Assembly (NCBI GenBank): GCA_051362555.1
Contig: CM120644.1
Coordinates: 10,438,567 to 10,502,566, forward strand
Direction: 5' to 3'
Length of the DNA: 64,000 nt
Source of the DNA: Lingula anatina
Taxonomy: Eukaryota > Animalia > Brachiopoda
Both the position numbers and the translations under genes were made by a program. Below the pieces are notes generated by a model. It ran no database searches, was not told the DNA's origin, and saw only the letters and a list, made by a program, of their open reading frames with translations. Shown in pieces: positions 22,701 through 38,900 of the stretch (position 1 is the stretch's first letter; each line of letters begins with the position of its first letter).

Positions 22701-25700
22701 GGACCCTCCAATATCCAGCGGTAAGCAAAATAATGCAAACGTCTATTAAACCCACATGGTTCCTATCGACTTGTAAGGCATTCATTGTAAGAGTTGCCTT
22801 AGCCGTCTGTCAATTACCGTAGGTATAATAATGCCGTTGTAGCACTGCGGGTAATGTAATATTGAGTAATGATAGCATAGGGAACTGATTGCGGGGGATG
22901 ATCAAGGCGCTATGCCTTGCCGCACACCGTCTTTAATGAGGTCAGAACTCCGAAGATGTAGCACAATAATACTGAAGAATAATTAGGTTGGAGGTTCTGT
23001 TTCATCGAATCATTTCAGATCCTTGCTTCAACCACATGTACTGTTTAGCAGTAGGGTATACCATTGAGAGACGAGCCCTCTTAAATGCTTGATGACGTGA
23101 CTGTATTATGTTCACTGACAAAATGTATTTTAGCGAATACCATAGGTACATATATGGAGAAGGAAGATGTTATAAAGCATCCGTCCACCATACACGGTGT
23201 CTGTCTTTATGCATAATACACTGCAAGTCAATTACTAGTACATTTTATATTTATAGATGCATTTTATTGCTGGAACTGAACATCCTGAAACATCGATTCA
23301 TTTGAATGGCAGTTGAAACATCCTATCAGTTTTATGATCAATCTATTAGTAAACCGAAGGAATTTGTATACATCACTTAAATCAACATACCGTGTAGTAG
23401 GACTGTCAGTTAGTCAAATTGGAATTGACGCTACCGACTTGAATTCATGTGCAAAACAGCGGTGGCCAACATAGCCATATGACCGATGCTGAAATTATGT
23501 ATTGGTTAAACCTAATGATACGATTTCTAATAGACTTCTGTTCGATGACCATCAGCATTTCTCCCATAGACCTAATTAAGTAGTTTAGTGCGATTCTGCG
23601 ATGGAATATTCTCTCAATTACTGCCTCCAATTGTGCTATCAGAGACAGAGCTATAAGCCGCATAATATTCAACAATGCCAATAATTATCTATTATCTGTG
23701 CCAAATAGCATTCATTTAGACGTGCCTCATGAGTAATATTACCTCTAACAGCCGGCTTAATTCAGACATTACAGTAAGAAGATTTGCCGTCCATGTTGTT
23801 GTCAATAAAAATGTATAACGCTTACTAACACATTTCCCCCATGTCCTTCCGCGAGACAGTGGCGCCGCCATTTAGGTTCTCTATTTGTGCACTTGGTATG
23901 GGGTATGATGTTAAAGGGTGTGGCTTCTGTTTGTATTATTGTGCTAAAAAGATCGCCTGCAGACCACTTGTTTATATACATGTGCGTTACACAGTGGTGG
24001 ACATAAATTGTTAACGTCAGATACTTGAAATCATTCTGTTTACTCTCACCAAATGAAAGACAGCAATGGAAGGTAGAATTGCACAATGGCTTTTTGGGAT
24101 TTCTTAAAACTGGCGAAATTCGGTAACATTAATGTCTGGGTTTCTTAAATGTAAATGTAGTTCTAAAGTTTCGTTTTGCTCTAATTTATTTTCTTTGTAT
24201 AGATATCCTTGAATGAAAAATGGTGGGTGTGGGAGACAAATGGCGTATCCGTTTCAAAACAACAAAGTAAAGTGTCAATTCAAATGGCAAGGGCTTTATC
24301 AAGCTTGGTGTCCAAGTCAACGGACACCATTAGGCGTGGGACAATATATCAGGATTCTCGGAATTGTATACGAGTCGATCATTTGAATTTCGATTTTTTT
24401 TACCGTTACCAACGTGCCATTATAGTTTTATTTATTCATCTAATTATTTATTTATATGTCTGTTTATCGAATCATATATCATAATCGACCAGTAATCAAA
24501 AGTGGCATACTTTTACAACAATTTTGACTTCATCAATTTATTATGTGTTATATGACTGGTAGTGCGTTAATCAGCTCTGAGTAAAGGTGTACATACGCGA
24601 GTATACATGAGGGACATTAACGTGTCTGGAAAAGCTTATTTCATCAAGTCGTCCAAAACATCAACTGTTACAGTCCATTAGGTAATGTTGTTCAAACCAC
24701 AAGAGACTGCACAACCAATAAGGGTTAGTAACTGTGTATTCGAACAACCCTTCCACGAATCCACCGAGATTAGCAGTTCCCACCAGTTTGAACTCTGGTA
24801 ACAATTGTTTTGTTTCGTTTTCATGCACAACTTTGAGAGTGGTATAACAAGATAATTGCTGGCCTCTGTTTTTGGAGAAAATCAGCTTTAATAAACGTAC
24901 CGAGTAATTTGTTAATCAATCAGACTTCAGTTTAATAGTGATATAACGCAAATTGTATTTCTGTCACCACTACACAATAACCCTTTGATACTTGAAACAT
25001 TTGCCATTAGGTACATTAGTTTTACTATGTTTTTTTTACACTTTTTTTACACTTATTTGAGTTATTTTTTTCTTAATGTACATGCATTATAACGTTCTAT
25101 CAATATACATGTATGTAGTCCACGATTTCTGTAAATTGTTCATGTACAGTTTGTACACTTAATGGCCACATTGTCCGATCATGATGGATTAGGATATATA
25201 AATCATCATTGTGTTACAGCGAAAGTAAAAACCGGTACGCCATTACATATTCATAAAACGTGTGCTCAGTGTTGACGAATTAATCTTGCTGTGGACATTG
25301 TATGACAGATAAAATGGTGTTATTTTTTCATTAACAACATGTAAGTGCTTATTCTGCATTAAAATTTAATCTTTTTATTAAAAATCAGCTGAACTGTAGA
25401 CATGACACTGTTTTGTTATCTCTCTTTTCACAGATGCCGTTTAGTAACCATTTTGATGTAATATCTTTATATGCACTCTGATATCAGGGGCCTCAAAAAT
25501 AGTATACACAGTTTCGTAACAAACTACAAGCCGACCCTGTTGTCAGAGAACAATATAAACATTTTCATAAAAGTCATAAAAAGGCGTAAAGACACAGCCA
25601 TTCATCGTTTGCACCCTGAATTATCACTTGTTTTATTTACAATTCAAGAAGTATGCCACACGTAATTAGAAAAAAAGCAAACGCTCTAATCTAACGTGTT

Positions 25701-28700
25701 ATTCACGCCGCCACGTTTCCGTAAAATCACCCTGTTGGATAATTTAAACATGACCCCATATTACAATGGCATAAGTATGATCGATTTAACTGATCCCTAA
25801 ATTAACGAAGACGGCTGTTCGCGTCACCTGATATGACCTTTATCATACCCGACTTTTCTCTGGTAAACATCCCACGGTAGATCGAAACGCTGGACTCGAA
25901 ACATCTCCCTTATGGCTCCCAATGCCATTTCCTTATTGAATCCTTTTAACCCTTTTCAGATAGACGCTTTGTAAAAGCTTGGTCAGTCCAACTTTACAGG
26001 GATTCTCGCTAAGTGCAATCAACGTAACCAGCTCAATTGTCTGACATCTCTACTCAAGGAACTAGGGGTCAATGAAGCCTAGTGTACACGAAAGTTAATT
26101 AATTACCCCTTTGCTGCATGAAGAAGCGTGTCATTCAGTTAACCCGATTGCAGTTACCGATAGCGCCTCTGACCTAACTAGTGCGATGTACTTTTTAAAT
26201 GCTACCTTATACGTTGGGGTGACATTTGCGACTGATTTTCAATTGGTAATCACTTTGTTATTTTAAATATGGTAGCATGAATTTAGCACACTCTGTTAAT
26301 GTATGTATACCACTACACATATGGCATGTATACAATTATGTTTTATCTATTATTCCATATGTCACGGTCACAGGTTTGCATATTTGCTGTAACAGCCTAC
26401 AGAGACCTAATATTGCAAAATTGCCAGTGCTGTATAGAATGCAACATGGCTACGTTGAAAGCCACTGAGTAAATTTGTTTTACGATTGAGCCAGGGCAAA
26501 TATATAATTAATGACGTAAAGTAGTATTAACTGAGATTTTGATAAATCATATATCCTTTTTTAAATTGAAATTTCCGCTTTCCCAATCTAAAATCCATTG
26601 TGTATACATATAGTTCGCTAAAACGAATAACATCCGCAAGGCAATCTAATAATAGAGTTCACGGCATTGTTTTCTTTCCAAGTATTTCCTCGAGGAATTG
26701 AGAAGCGGTGTATTGTTGTTTTCAGTTACACATCATCGACATCTCTCCTATCGCAATGTCTTCTTCAATGGAAGCGTCAGAAAAATGTTATGGAAAGCTA
26801 CACTACTATGCTCAATTCCCAAAGTGTTCGTCAAAAAATCGATACTCCTCCTATGTCGTATTTAATGACAGAAATTAATTTTTGCTGATCAAAATAGTGA
26901 AATAAAACGGAAGGGCAGAGCAAAAACTAATGAGATATGCATTATATAAGTGCCTTGATTCCTGAAGTTTCATGATTTCCCTTGAGACGCTGAGGTGAAT
27001 CATTATGCACATTAACACGCAGGGGCTGTCAAAGGTAAGCGCCTCTGGGGTTTCTTTAATTCATTAAGGGAAGGTTTTACCGTTCCTGTAGATTGTTTCC
27101 ATCTTTTAAGACCCATTAGTCGCCTATGAGGGTATCTAACAGGGTTTATTTTGGCCGGGGCGTTAATATTTGTATCCTTGTTTTATGAATGATTTGATTT
27201 TAGAGACGTCTAAAAGCATCAAGCCGTCAAATGGATTATTTTAGAGGATATTTCTAAGAAATCACAGGAAGAGAGTGAATGTTGAACAGGTTTCAATGGA
27301 GTGTCTAAAAACACAAGGGACCAGAAATGTTCCCTTTGGCATTCTTTCTAACAAAAAGCGTCCGTTCAGGGCGTAAGCTATTGTCTTGTTAAATGTCTAG
27401 CAGTTTGAAATAAAGGGGGTTTCTTCAGAAATGTCGCCTACTTACTCGCCTGTCTTTTCCATCTCATTTTTTAAACTCTAAAGGTCTTTCCCGATGGCCG
27501 TTGTCCCGGAGGGAAATGGAACGCATTTCTTGGCTAATACACTGCAGTTGGGAACGCTGCAAAGGGAAACGTGCTTCGACTTTATGTCGAATCCCTTGTC
27601 GAGATTTAACGAGATTACACCGGATTTGGAGAGATCTGAGGTTGTGATAATCGCAGCTTAGTTAGGATCCTGCAGCCGATAAATGGTCGCAGTGGATTGT
27701 AATTCATTTTTCTTGTCTTGATCAAGAGACCGTCAAAATAAATTCTCAATTGATTTGATATGTAAATAGAGGTAATTGTTACCATCTCTCCGTGTAGTTG
27801 TATTTTCTTTTTACCAATATGTTGCCAAATGAGGGTCACCTTCACAGAACGTACTCCAAATATATTTTAACCAGCCAGTAGTATTCAGGTTCATGCACTT
27901 TAATAACTTAATTCCGACCGTGAATTCGAACGACCGTAAGCGAGCACGCACGCACACAATCTGGCGCACACAATCGCTCGTACACACTAACAACGCACTT
28001 GGGCAGGGATTTTTTTTTCGTTTGGAATGTACGAAAGTTGCGCTTTTATGTCTATTCCATATTGTGGACCGGTAATGAAATTGCTATCACTGTTCTGCTT
28101 TGCGTTCTTTTAACTCCTGAATCCATTGTGCACTGCATGCACTAATCCTTATTACAAAGCGAGAAAAATTATAACGTACATTTCTCCGAATTCCAGATAC
28201 CATGAAAGTCAACTCGAATCCATACAGTGCGAATGTCGTTTTCAGTTATCATCATTTTCTTCGTATTTCACGGCACGTTTCCAAGTCCATCATAATCCCA
28301 CTCTTTCTCAATCCATTTTGTACAGTTCAATTATTTCCTCATATGCTACAATTACTTTTCCAATCATCGGCCCCCCCTGAAGAATCGTACTTTCCAAGTA
28401 TCTTATAACAACTGCCTTGTTGTGTGTGTGTGTCTGAGTTGATATGTGGAAGATATTTGGAATGAGACCGAGAGAGAACATCGACGATAACCATTTTGAA
28501 ACGATTTTGAAACCATTTTGAAACCATTTTCTAATGCATTTCCGTAATTGGCGTCCTAAGCTAGTAGCAGCAGGGGATAAAAGGCGTATACATTTTAAAG
28601 GCTGTTGACTCTAATAACTGAGTTTGGTTCCCGATAAGTCATAATTACGTGTCGAGTGCATAAAATATCTTAATATGTACATGGCATGATTACGTCACTC

Positions 28701-31700
28701 TCCCTATGATGATTTTTGAAGAGAAGTATGATTGGTCGTACATTTAGTTGCATTGTGGATGTATTTGGCGCAAGGAAGGGAGGTTAAATCCCTAGTCTAC
28801 TTACTGCTAGACATTTTGATCAAGAAATATAAATGCAATTGCATTAGCCTTTTTCTATTACCAACGATTTGCAGTTAAAAATACGTCGCAGATATGAAAA
28901 AAATCCCAGAATTCCGTTCACATCCAGAACAAATTGATATCAGTTTTTGCTACTTTTTCCGATTACACTTCACTCACTGAGGATACGGGGTTACCAAGTT
29001 TTGCCAACATCAGGTTTGTTTATCTTAAGGCAAAACAGATAGAAGGTACATCCTTGAATACCAAACGGTTTCAAAATCGGATTATGTCAGCCAAAGACAA
29101 CTAGACGTGACGCAACGATCACGATCACCATTATAGTACCAAACAAATCAATTGAAGCGTGGCCATCAATAATTACATATGATTAATGACACCCTGCACA
29201 GCAGGTGGGCAATGGGACCTCAGGAAATGGGATGATTATAATACGGAGAAAATGACAGATTTCACTGGTATTTGTTGTCTCCTCACACACTGGGTTGACC
29301 TCCTAATGCAAGTTGATTTGCTTGTAACTTAATTACTGTATGGCGTGCGGCCGAGCGCTTGAATGTATCTAATTAGCTTAGTTACCATTCGGAACCCTCA
29401 TGGAATTTCAAACTCAAGTCGAATTGTCTGCACACAGGCAAGTACACGTTGGTAAAAAGATACTAAGTGGCGTTCTCTTTTTAATTGTCCAATATATTGA
29501 GAAAGCAATGTTCCCGCTCTTTCATCGTTTTTTTCCTTTGAAAATATGGATTCACTCTGTTGTAACATTTCCTGGTTGAAAATCCCACTGCACCAACATA
29601 TGATTCAATGCACTGCAATACTTCTCACAAACAATTATTGCACTACGTGTATAAGGGTCCTTTTGGTGTTTATGAAAACCCCAAATCGTTTCGAATAAAT
29701 AAAATATACGTGCTGCGATACAGCGTTGTGAGGATGATAATAAATATTTAATCTGGTTCGATGGCCATTATCTGTACAGATTTCACACTAGTCGATAACA
29801 CTCGTTTATCTTGTCGTTTTTCTAGTACTTTATCGTTGTTATTTTTTCACTCTTTGAGTTGGTGGCTATCCCATAAAGCGAGAAATGACCTGATAATATC
29901 TTGCACGACTTAAAGTTATTGGTGTTAAGCCAACAGGTCCTAGCTATTTGTTTAAGTCCATGTCTTTTTTTTCCAAACGTGCTTTTGGTCCAGTGTTCCT
30001 GTGAAAATGTCATATGGTATGCGATGGGAGGCAGGGTTATTGGGTTCCGATGTTGATGTCCCATCCGTATGACCGCACTGAAAACAACTTCGTGTCACGT
30101 TTTGATTGTAATGCTGACTACAATGTTTGCAGCGGTGCCAGTATTTTTTTTATTTTGAAACTGTACTTTTGTTCCGTTTCGGCTTGGTGTGCGTTGTAAG
30201 TAATTTAAAATATTTAGCTAATTACCCTAATTACCCGAATGCATAGCACATGTGTGCCAAGATATGAAGCCGGATTTGTTTTTGTTCTCGAGTTCAAACT
30301 ATGCGAGTTTTGCCGAGGGTGCCTACACAAACCCCATTTTGTTTACAGTGTGCATGTTTTTGAGCCATTCACGTATTCCTATATGCATGCATGACAACAG
30401 GTAAGGGTATATGGTGATTTCTAATTGGTGAACCATTGATAGTATTGATAGATACAGAGAGACAAATAGATATGTATGGAGAGAAAGATAGACAGCGGGC
30501 TGGACTTTGACACTTTTAGTTGTAGAGACCTGATTTTTGCAGTCAGTTAAGTAAACCGTGTAGTAGAGAAAACTATACCTGCCTCCTGTCTCAGTTGTCT
30601 TATTGGTGAAAAGCAAATCTAAGAACCCAAATAACCAACGGGTTGGTTATTACAGTATGATTGTCAGAAAATTTAATTATCGAAACATTATAAGTCTGCT
30701 TTTTGCCTTTAGATTCAATTCTTCATCTCTTCTGTCGAGTTGTGCGCGTGGGCTCGCTTTGTTTCAATTGCATGGAACGAAACTTGTTAATTCGAAGCCA
30801 TGGAGAGGGACAGAAATCTACCCTGGTGGTGGTGTAATATTTGAAAGGAATGAAGAAAAATTGCCTTCATAGAGGCTGAATAGCAATAGGATTGCTAGCA
30901 AAGTGTCAGGCGATAACGAGGAAAATCACGAGAATAGATCTACCTATCGGTGTTATGTCGTATAAAAATAAGACCTGCTTTCAAGCCATTGTTTGGGCGA
31001 TTTCAATTAATTCTTGAGTATATATGAACATATGACGAATATGTTGCTTTTATAGATCTTTGACACATAATTACCGACAGAGTAAGCCTATCCAACAATT
31101 ACATTCATGGTAAAATGTAGATAATAACAAGCTAATCGATCTTACTTCATGATGATCTGAAATAAGGATAAAACATGCCTTACCGCCAGGTATGCTGTTT
31201 TAAGTTTACATGCAAGGATCAGTTTCTGAATAAAATCCCACACTATTGTTTGAATAAGCTGGCGCACATACGAAAACGCTCGCAAAATATCGATATTCTT
31301 TAGGAATTTTATCAGTAATTAGAAATGATTTTAATGACAAATGCAAGGTAATGCCAATTCTATATCATATGACAAGGTATGGAAACTTGAAATATAAAAA
31401 AAAATATTGGTTGGTGATGATCAGCATTTAACAGGCATACTTCAGTGCGTGCTTTTGTTGTGACTTTATTTTATTTGTGCCAATCAAATTACGAAAAAAA
31501 AAACTACTTGTCGCATTTTTAGTCAGCTCTTTGTGTGTGTGTTTTTTTTAGAGGTGTCCTAAACAATTACAGGGGATAAAACCCACTTAATGTATTTGAA
31601 TTAGGTAGTTAGGTCCCTAATTGAAGTCGTGTAAGTGGCGTATTAACACGTGAGAGCCGCCCAGCTGGTCCCTGGTATACGTTACCGCAGTCAATGCGAT

Positions 31701-32910
31701 ATACGTCAATGCTGTTAACCTTTGCACCTTTTAGGTTACACGAGAGCATGGGTCACATGCGGTGAAGACGGCGAATCTCCTCCAAAAGAGTGAGATTTTA
31801 TATTATTACATAAACATACTTGGCATTCTTATTTAATTGAATTAAATTACATTTATAGTTAACGGTTAAATAAATATATCTAAAAAGCAGTTTGTGGTAT
31901 TGTTATAATAAAGTGCTGCAATGCGTTAAAAAACGGTTAAATTTGCCTGTTGTCTAGTATATGGTGGCATTTACATAATTCCTCACACAGATGGTATCTG
32001 ATACACACACACACATATTGTAGAATGGCTAATGTACTTATAGTTCATTATACTCACTTTGACGCGTAACATAGACCGAATTGCCTTCTAGAAGCATATC
32101 AACAATTGCAGAGCCCGTATTTAACGCTTAATGGTATTTGGGTTGTGTTCATTTAAGTCTTTACTTATGCCAGCTATGATGCTAAAATGACGTGGGCATA
32201 TATAATGCATGATGCGTTATTTTTATCTAATTTATCTAAGCGTAGTTCACATATTTTTTATCTACAGCTGAGAGTTTTAGTATAGTAGTACAAAGGTAGT
32301 TTTAACTAGAATTATTTCTCTGGTACTGGGAGCGATGCGTCTTTGACGCGTCTTTGGCATGCAGGTTAATGTGTGGCTTGGATCTGAGACCATTACAAAT
32401 GGACAATAATAACTATCAAAGATTCATAAGATAAGGGTTATGACCGAGACATTTGTGCATATTTTATGATATGACATTTTATGCCACAAACTCACACGAG
32501 CCTCAAGAAACTGCCTGACTCCCTTACACGATTCAACGTTGGTGGTTGATAGAATCAATCTCTCTTTTTGTGCGTTAATCACATTCGCAATAGGAGATAT
32601 GTCCACTTTAAGTTATCCATCTTCCCTTCGGTGTCTAAACCATTGATTGATACTGTACCGATATTCGATTAAGGTCAAAACCTTCAGGGTTGTTTACAGT
32701 GCAATTTGTGACTGATTTAAACCGTTCCCTTTGTGATTTAACTCCTCAGTTCTACTCTGTGATCAAGGCAGTTGCCTGCGTTGCAATATGCTGCATTTGC
32801 AAAGTGGTTTTTCATACGCTAAGATGGCACATTGCTAGGGTGGAGCCTTGCAATGTGGTTTCAAATAACGAAACGATACTCGTCAGAAATGCTTTTGTTC
32901 ACGTGAGGAA

Positions 32911-32913
<3 letters not shown>

Positions 32914-32960
<47 letters not shown>

Positions 32961-32972
32961 TGTTATTATTAT
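32914..32972. repeat. (TAT)n microsatellite
   Basis: Direct reading; it explains the poly-Tyr in the ORF track. Confidence 0.95.
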
Positions 32973-35900
32973 ATATTGAAAGGAATGTCGTGTATTGTAA
33001 AATGGAATGGATCAACATGGTAATTTCCTCGTGTATACCATTATACTGTTCATGTTTCTTCAAGGAAGGGCACGCGTGGCAAAGTTATTGAAAAGTAACA
33101 GAAGAGTGCAGAAAGCAGACCAAGGTACGTCTATAACATACATGAAAACATACTTGAAACATACATGTCTCTAAAAGACATAAAAAGCCTTGTTTTTGGG
33201 TCTGCATGGATATATATATATATATATATATATTGAAATCCATGTCAAAATGAAACTCCATCCCGCTTACTAACCCGTCAGTAAGTTTAACATTGTAAGA
33301 GATATATGATTGAAAAGAGATCAAATGGCGCACCCTCTGTGTCAGGAAAAAACCCTAGTTTCCGGACTTGGTATTAATAATATGAACTTTGAGGAAGCAT
33401 TCTGTCATTGACAATTAATGTCAACGTTAAGGGGAGGGTCGGTTCACCGGTATGGATTTCAGGACATGTGAGATGACCAGGATTGAGATCGTGATACTTT
33501 TAAGCAGGTTCTTAATGAATTTTTAACGGTTTTGAATATTTGTTTCAAGTAAGTACCATTAAGGAGATGCCGCCCATAGGTCGCTGTAAGTGTATGGCAA
33601 TGCTTTATCGGTTTTGTGTTTCAACATACGGTTTCTTAACTTAAAGGAGTTTAACAGGTTTATCCAGGTGACATTTTGCACTTTCGTCTGAAAACGTTTT
33701 CAAGTATCGATAAAAAAAATATTTCATGTTTTATTGGCGGTGAGATATATACGGCTGCAGTATATGCTATTATTATTAATTGTAGGAATGTGAATTGACA
33801 TGTAACATATGGTAGATTGCACATAATAACCATTATTCGACATTTCCATACATAGATAACGCACTGGTAATGGTTTTATACCCCTATTAATATAAAATGC
33901 AATCAAACATTGGAAGGCGCCAATGTCTGTTAAACGAGGCAATGATGTCTTCCTGACACGCAACGCGTGTCAAATGATTAGCTACCGTGACCTTTAAGAG
34001 TTCGACTGAACTATGGAGGTCGTTCAACCTCAAGATATCAAATAAGATTTGTTCGCCTAAATGCCGGATGAATAACTCATGATTTCACTACAAGATGTCG
34101 ATAATGATATAATTGCTCACCAATATGCTGCCACAAATTCTGGGGGTGGAGAAGGCAACAGGCTACATGTACATGCTTCCGTCCACGGGAGCTTTAACAA
34201 GGATACAGTTACAGGATCATTAGGTAAACTTGGCCAGCATTTATACTCATCTTGATTGGCATTCTAATGCTATTGGCCGGCATATGGAAGAGAAAATTGA
34301 TCCAGTAGATAAAGTTTCAAGTGAAGCAAAATGTGGCGCAGCTGAATAGTTCATGTTTCATTTAATAGCTCCGGTACCGTTTATATCTGGCCATACCGTA
34401 CATGCATCTATGTATGTGTGCACGCATGCACGCACACACAGTGTATAATTTGGTACCGCCTCAAACACTTCTACAAACAATTATTAAAAATATAATGAAG
34501 TCTGTCTTGTATCATTGTTATTGTTACGACACGAAATGCGCAAAGCAGAGCAACAAGATCAACTTTGCCATGGTCCACATAGGTGGGTTGTGAACGCGTC
34601 CTTCTTTGAAAGTAAATTCGATTTCGTTTTCAATCTTGTCCCGCGAAGAGAAAGCTAACGTAGAGGGAAAAATCGCATTTAAGATTGGCACTTTCTTTTA
34701 ATTAAGCTTGGGCGGATCGATGCCGTCCACAGGGAGGCTTGACCTTCTCTTCCCACCAGAATAGCCCGTGTCAGACGAACGTAAGAACATTAATAGAAAC
34801 AAGTCTTTTTGAATTTGTTTGATGTGGATCGACCGTGACACGAAGTAAGCACTGCATTTTACAAGAATGCGGATAGTGTTGCAGAAAGACAAAAAATTGG
34901 CTGATTTTGAATAGTTTTAAAATCTGCTCAAACGCTGTAATCCGCCAAATAGGTATTGACCACGAGACGCGATAACAAACACCAAATAAATAAATAAATA
35001 AATAAATGAACAAACCAAACAACAACACTAATAATAATAATGATAATAATAGTAATAAAACGATTGTGTACTATCGCTTTGTTATTTGAAAATCCTTTTC
35101 AATCTTCGAAATTGCAGCTTATTTCTCGGTGCGACAAGTGCACCACGAACAACTCAACTTCCACCAGGACGCATAAGACAAATATTGAAAAGCGTGTACT
35201 GACATGGACTTAAAAGGCACCCCAAGTGGCTGAAACACCCTTAAATAAGTATGCTTTTAACACCCATCCCGCAGTCCTTGATGAGGTAATGGTAGCAAAA
35301 TATTGGATAACATAATTGTAAGCATTGGTCTGATGTGTGTTTTTATGGGGTGTGCTGTGTAACAAAAACGAGTTAATTCAATTTATATATAGTGTTTTAA
35401 ACACGCGGTTAGTTTTCCTGGTAAATTTACAAGATTTCAGCTGGTGCGAGTCGAATACGATACTTCAAAAAGCAGCTTATATCACTAGATTGATGCACAA
35501 GGACACACGTTGTCCAAGTCCCAGCGGTCGTTATAGGGCACTTTGGTATAATATTGTACTTTTAGGAGAGATTCAGTAGGGTTTTTGACACCTTGAAAGG
35601 CGTGACATCGTCAAATGTAACATGCTTTGAAAATGTTTTTTGTACCAACTCCGTGGTGTTTTTGGCCTTCCGTACTGTTTGTCTTGCTCACAAGAGAGTT
35701 ACTGTGAAAGGGGTGGTAGGCGATGGGCCTTACATTTTGTTGTGATATATCCACATAGACTTGTGTGTTAAAATTAAGAGCGCATCTTACAGAGGATACC
35801 CTAACTAACGTCATTAAGTTGCTAGAGATAGCTGTTACCCTACGCTTTGATCAACCGCAAAGCAACACTACGCAGAGACGGGACAAGGTGTACATTTAAC

Positions 35901-38900
35901 ATGTAAATCAAATATAATTTTAAAAACATTATTAGGTTCCATTTTAACACGTAACCCCCCACATCAATACCCACCTCTTACTAGGCACACATAACTTCCT
36001 CATATTTTAGTTTTGCCGTACGGTTAATTCACTGCGGAAACATATTGCAGAAGCCCATCACCAATGAGATAAGCAATTCGAGATAGCCTTTGATTTTTTA
36101 AATCCAACCTGAAAACAACAATACTGGTGCCATTACTTGTATCATTTGACGGTATGCCGTCACATTACTTCAATCCTGCCAAATCACCGCCCACCCGCCG
36201 TGCCTTTTAAGGAGACTTTTAGCGACCGAAAAGAGCGGAAACAGGAAATAGAACAGCCTTATCGAATACACTTAACTACGGACTGCGCGGCAAGCGTCTT
36301 TCAGATTGCAGAGTCTTGTTACTACGTCTTGCTGTGATAAACTGGGTTTTCTGAGGACGCTGGCGCCTACGTATTATTCAAAGATATTTCGAAAATAATG
36401 CCGTCAAAGAAAGGTATTAGGAAAATTCTAAGATGTAATTAAACCGGTCGTTCAGTAGGGGCCTCCTACATCGTAATTGTTTCTAACAGTAAGTTAAGAA
36501 ATGGAAAATGCCACAATGAGTAATTGGAAGGGAGAAATACTAATGCAATGTAACACAGAACTTTACAAAACATTAAGTCTTTCTTCTAAATTGTAACGTG
36601 CAGGCATTTGCCTTGAAACATGCGCATTACATTATCAACCGATTTTAGATAAAGATTACATGAAACGTTACATCCGGGAAGTCGGACTTGCAAACCGAAA
36701 AAATACCCATAACGACAAGCTTGTAGATACGTTTGCGACAAGACAGTGCAGGGGGCTCTCTGTTAAACCAGGCCGTTTCATAATCCGTATTCTAAACTTC
36801 AGTTTAAAAGTTTGTCAATGTCCCTTTCGTTTAGCCCTGTGCATGACTTTCAGGTTTGTCCCATAAGCACTTATCCTTACCTCTGAGGATCACGAAACTG
36901 ATACTGATCGCGAACCCTTGATGATGTCAAACTGACAAGTTAATTCGCTCAGATATAATCTCGATGCATTGCTCTTGTTTGGATAACGACATTGGGTGTG
37001 TGCCGAGGCAGTCATCCGCTTGGCTAAGCTTGTCGTGCCGGGAATTACACCGGACAACGCCTTGGCGTGCAAGAAACTAAGAGAACAAAAACAAAAACGG
37101 ACGATTAATTTCCCAATGGCAATAGACCTTTGCTTCAACGAAGCAACCTTTTAAAAATAACCTATTTAGCTGAATGGAATGTTACACTAATTAAGTATTC
37201 ATTTCCCCGAGGATAAAAAACGCCCTGTTAAGGTATTGTTTATAACACTTAGTTGTGGTGAAATAAGCGATTTTTGGATATGACTAATATCTTTAAACGG
37301 TCGTTAATCTAATTCAAGATCGTTCCTGTTATTCGTGAGTTTTATGAAGGTTGCAATTCCTGATGGTATAGAAAGCATTTGTTTGAGTTTAATGCAGCAA
37401 AAAAGTTTGTTTTGGTGTATAAACGCAAATAAGGTTTGTGACAGTGAGTGATAACATCGGTGGACAGTTATGGAACCATCAAAACTGACCAAAGTTTAAG
37501 GCCGTCCAACAGACCAACGGAACGAGAACCGAGCATTTTAAACAACTAAAAGAAAGCCTAGTTTTATCTAGCTCAGGTGGCCGTGTAGTTGGGATTGTTT
37601 CCAAAATCAATACAAACAGGAAGTCTAAAGGAAACCGAAACCGGTAGGCTTCCTCTATAAAATTAATATCGGTTTGCAAACAATAGAAAAAAAGAATCGG
37701 AACGCATGTGAACGATTTGACCCAAATGTTACCTAGAGCATGTCAGTTCATCGTGTTGCCTCCTTTGTTAGGGGTTAAGAGAATGCTGAATGCGTCTGAC
37801 GGAGGTTTGTAATTAGTATTATTGATACATCCTAGATAAAAATCAAACTCCCTTGGGCAACATCGCGGGGAGAGCACCTCGCCCCTCCTCGGTGCATTTG
37901 CGGCGTGGGCACAGTATCGACATTAAGTATGTTTACACACACTGCACTACTACACAAATCTACCTCAGTAAATGTCACTACGAACCGCGCGGATCTGTTG
38001 TGTGGTTATTAATTATCCGTACTGTAGAGCATACCAAAACACTCATCGATTCTTAATGCAGAAATTATAGATCGAGATCCAAGTTCCATTACTGCCAGTT
38101 ATCCTCCTCCTAACTAACCTTATGTTAAATCAATACGGACATTATATAACGGACAAAGATACAATCCATACGGTTTATACACTTTGTCCGATGGGAGTGG
38201 GTGCCTAACTCGAATGCAGACGTGGTATCCGTGTTAAAACATAAAAGCTGAAGTACCTGCGCGTTCCCGTGTCCGGACACCTATATACGACACTCTATAC
38301 CAGAGGGTGTCCCGTGCTCGGGGAAGCGCACTGCTGGTGCCATTTTTGTACACAATGATCAGAAGCGCACGAGCGCAATGAGAGGAAGCCAACAACGTAG
38401 AACCAGAGGACCGCCAACGGACTGAGCAGCTTCGTGGTTGAACCAATACACATTGTGCTTTACAATAATTGGAGTACCGAGCTGGGAGCGACCACCTGCA
38501 TATCAATACTTCTGCTATATTGGCAGGGTATATTGGATAGGATTAAAACTGAAATCGGATTTTTGCTGCAAAAAGTGACAATCTAGTATATATTTTTTTA
38601 AAAAGCGAAACATAATAATCAGTATGTTGAATTTTAACTCTGGATATATTCACTCCGAAACCTAAGGGCACTTTAATCCCCTGTACAGGTGTTTTTGACT
38701 GGAAGCCCCCAGTCACATGGGCTCTACGGGATAGGAATGACGTCATATAAGATTGTTGTCTGGATGCCTGTTTTCAAGGCATTCTATTTCTTGGCAATAT
38801 AGGACAACGGAAGCATTCTCAGAGGCTTTCCGTGGTTCTGGAAGTACGTTAAGGTACTGCAACTTTTCTGATGTTTTATTTTCTTCTGAAATACAGCCAA

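Noticed and set aside
36883-36905. CTGAGGA-TCAC-GAAAC as a hammerhead core
   Set aside because: No stem II can form in 4 nt, and stems I and III are absent.
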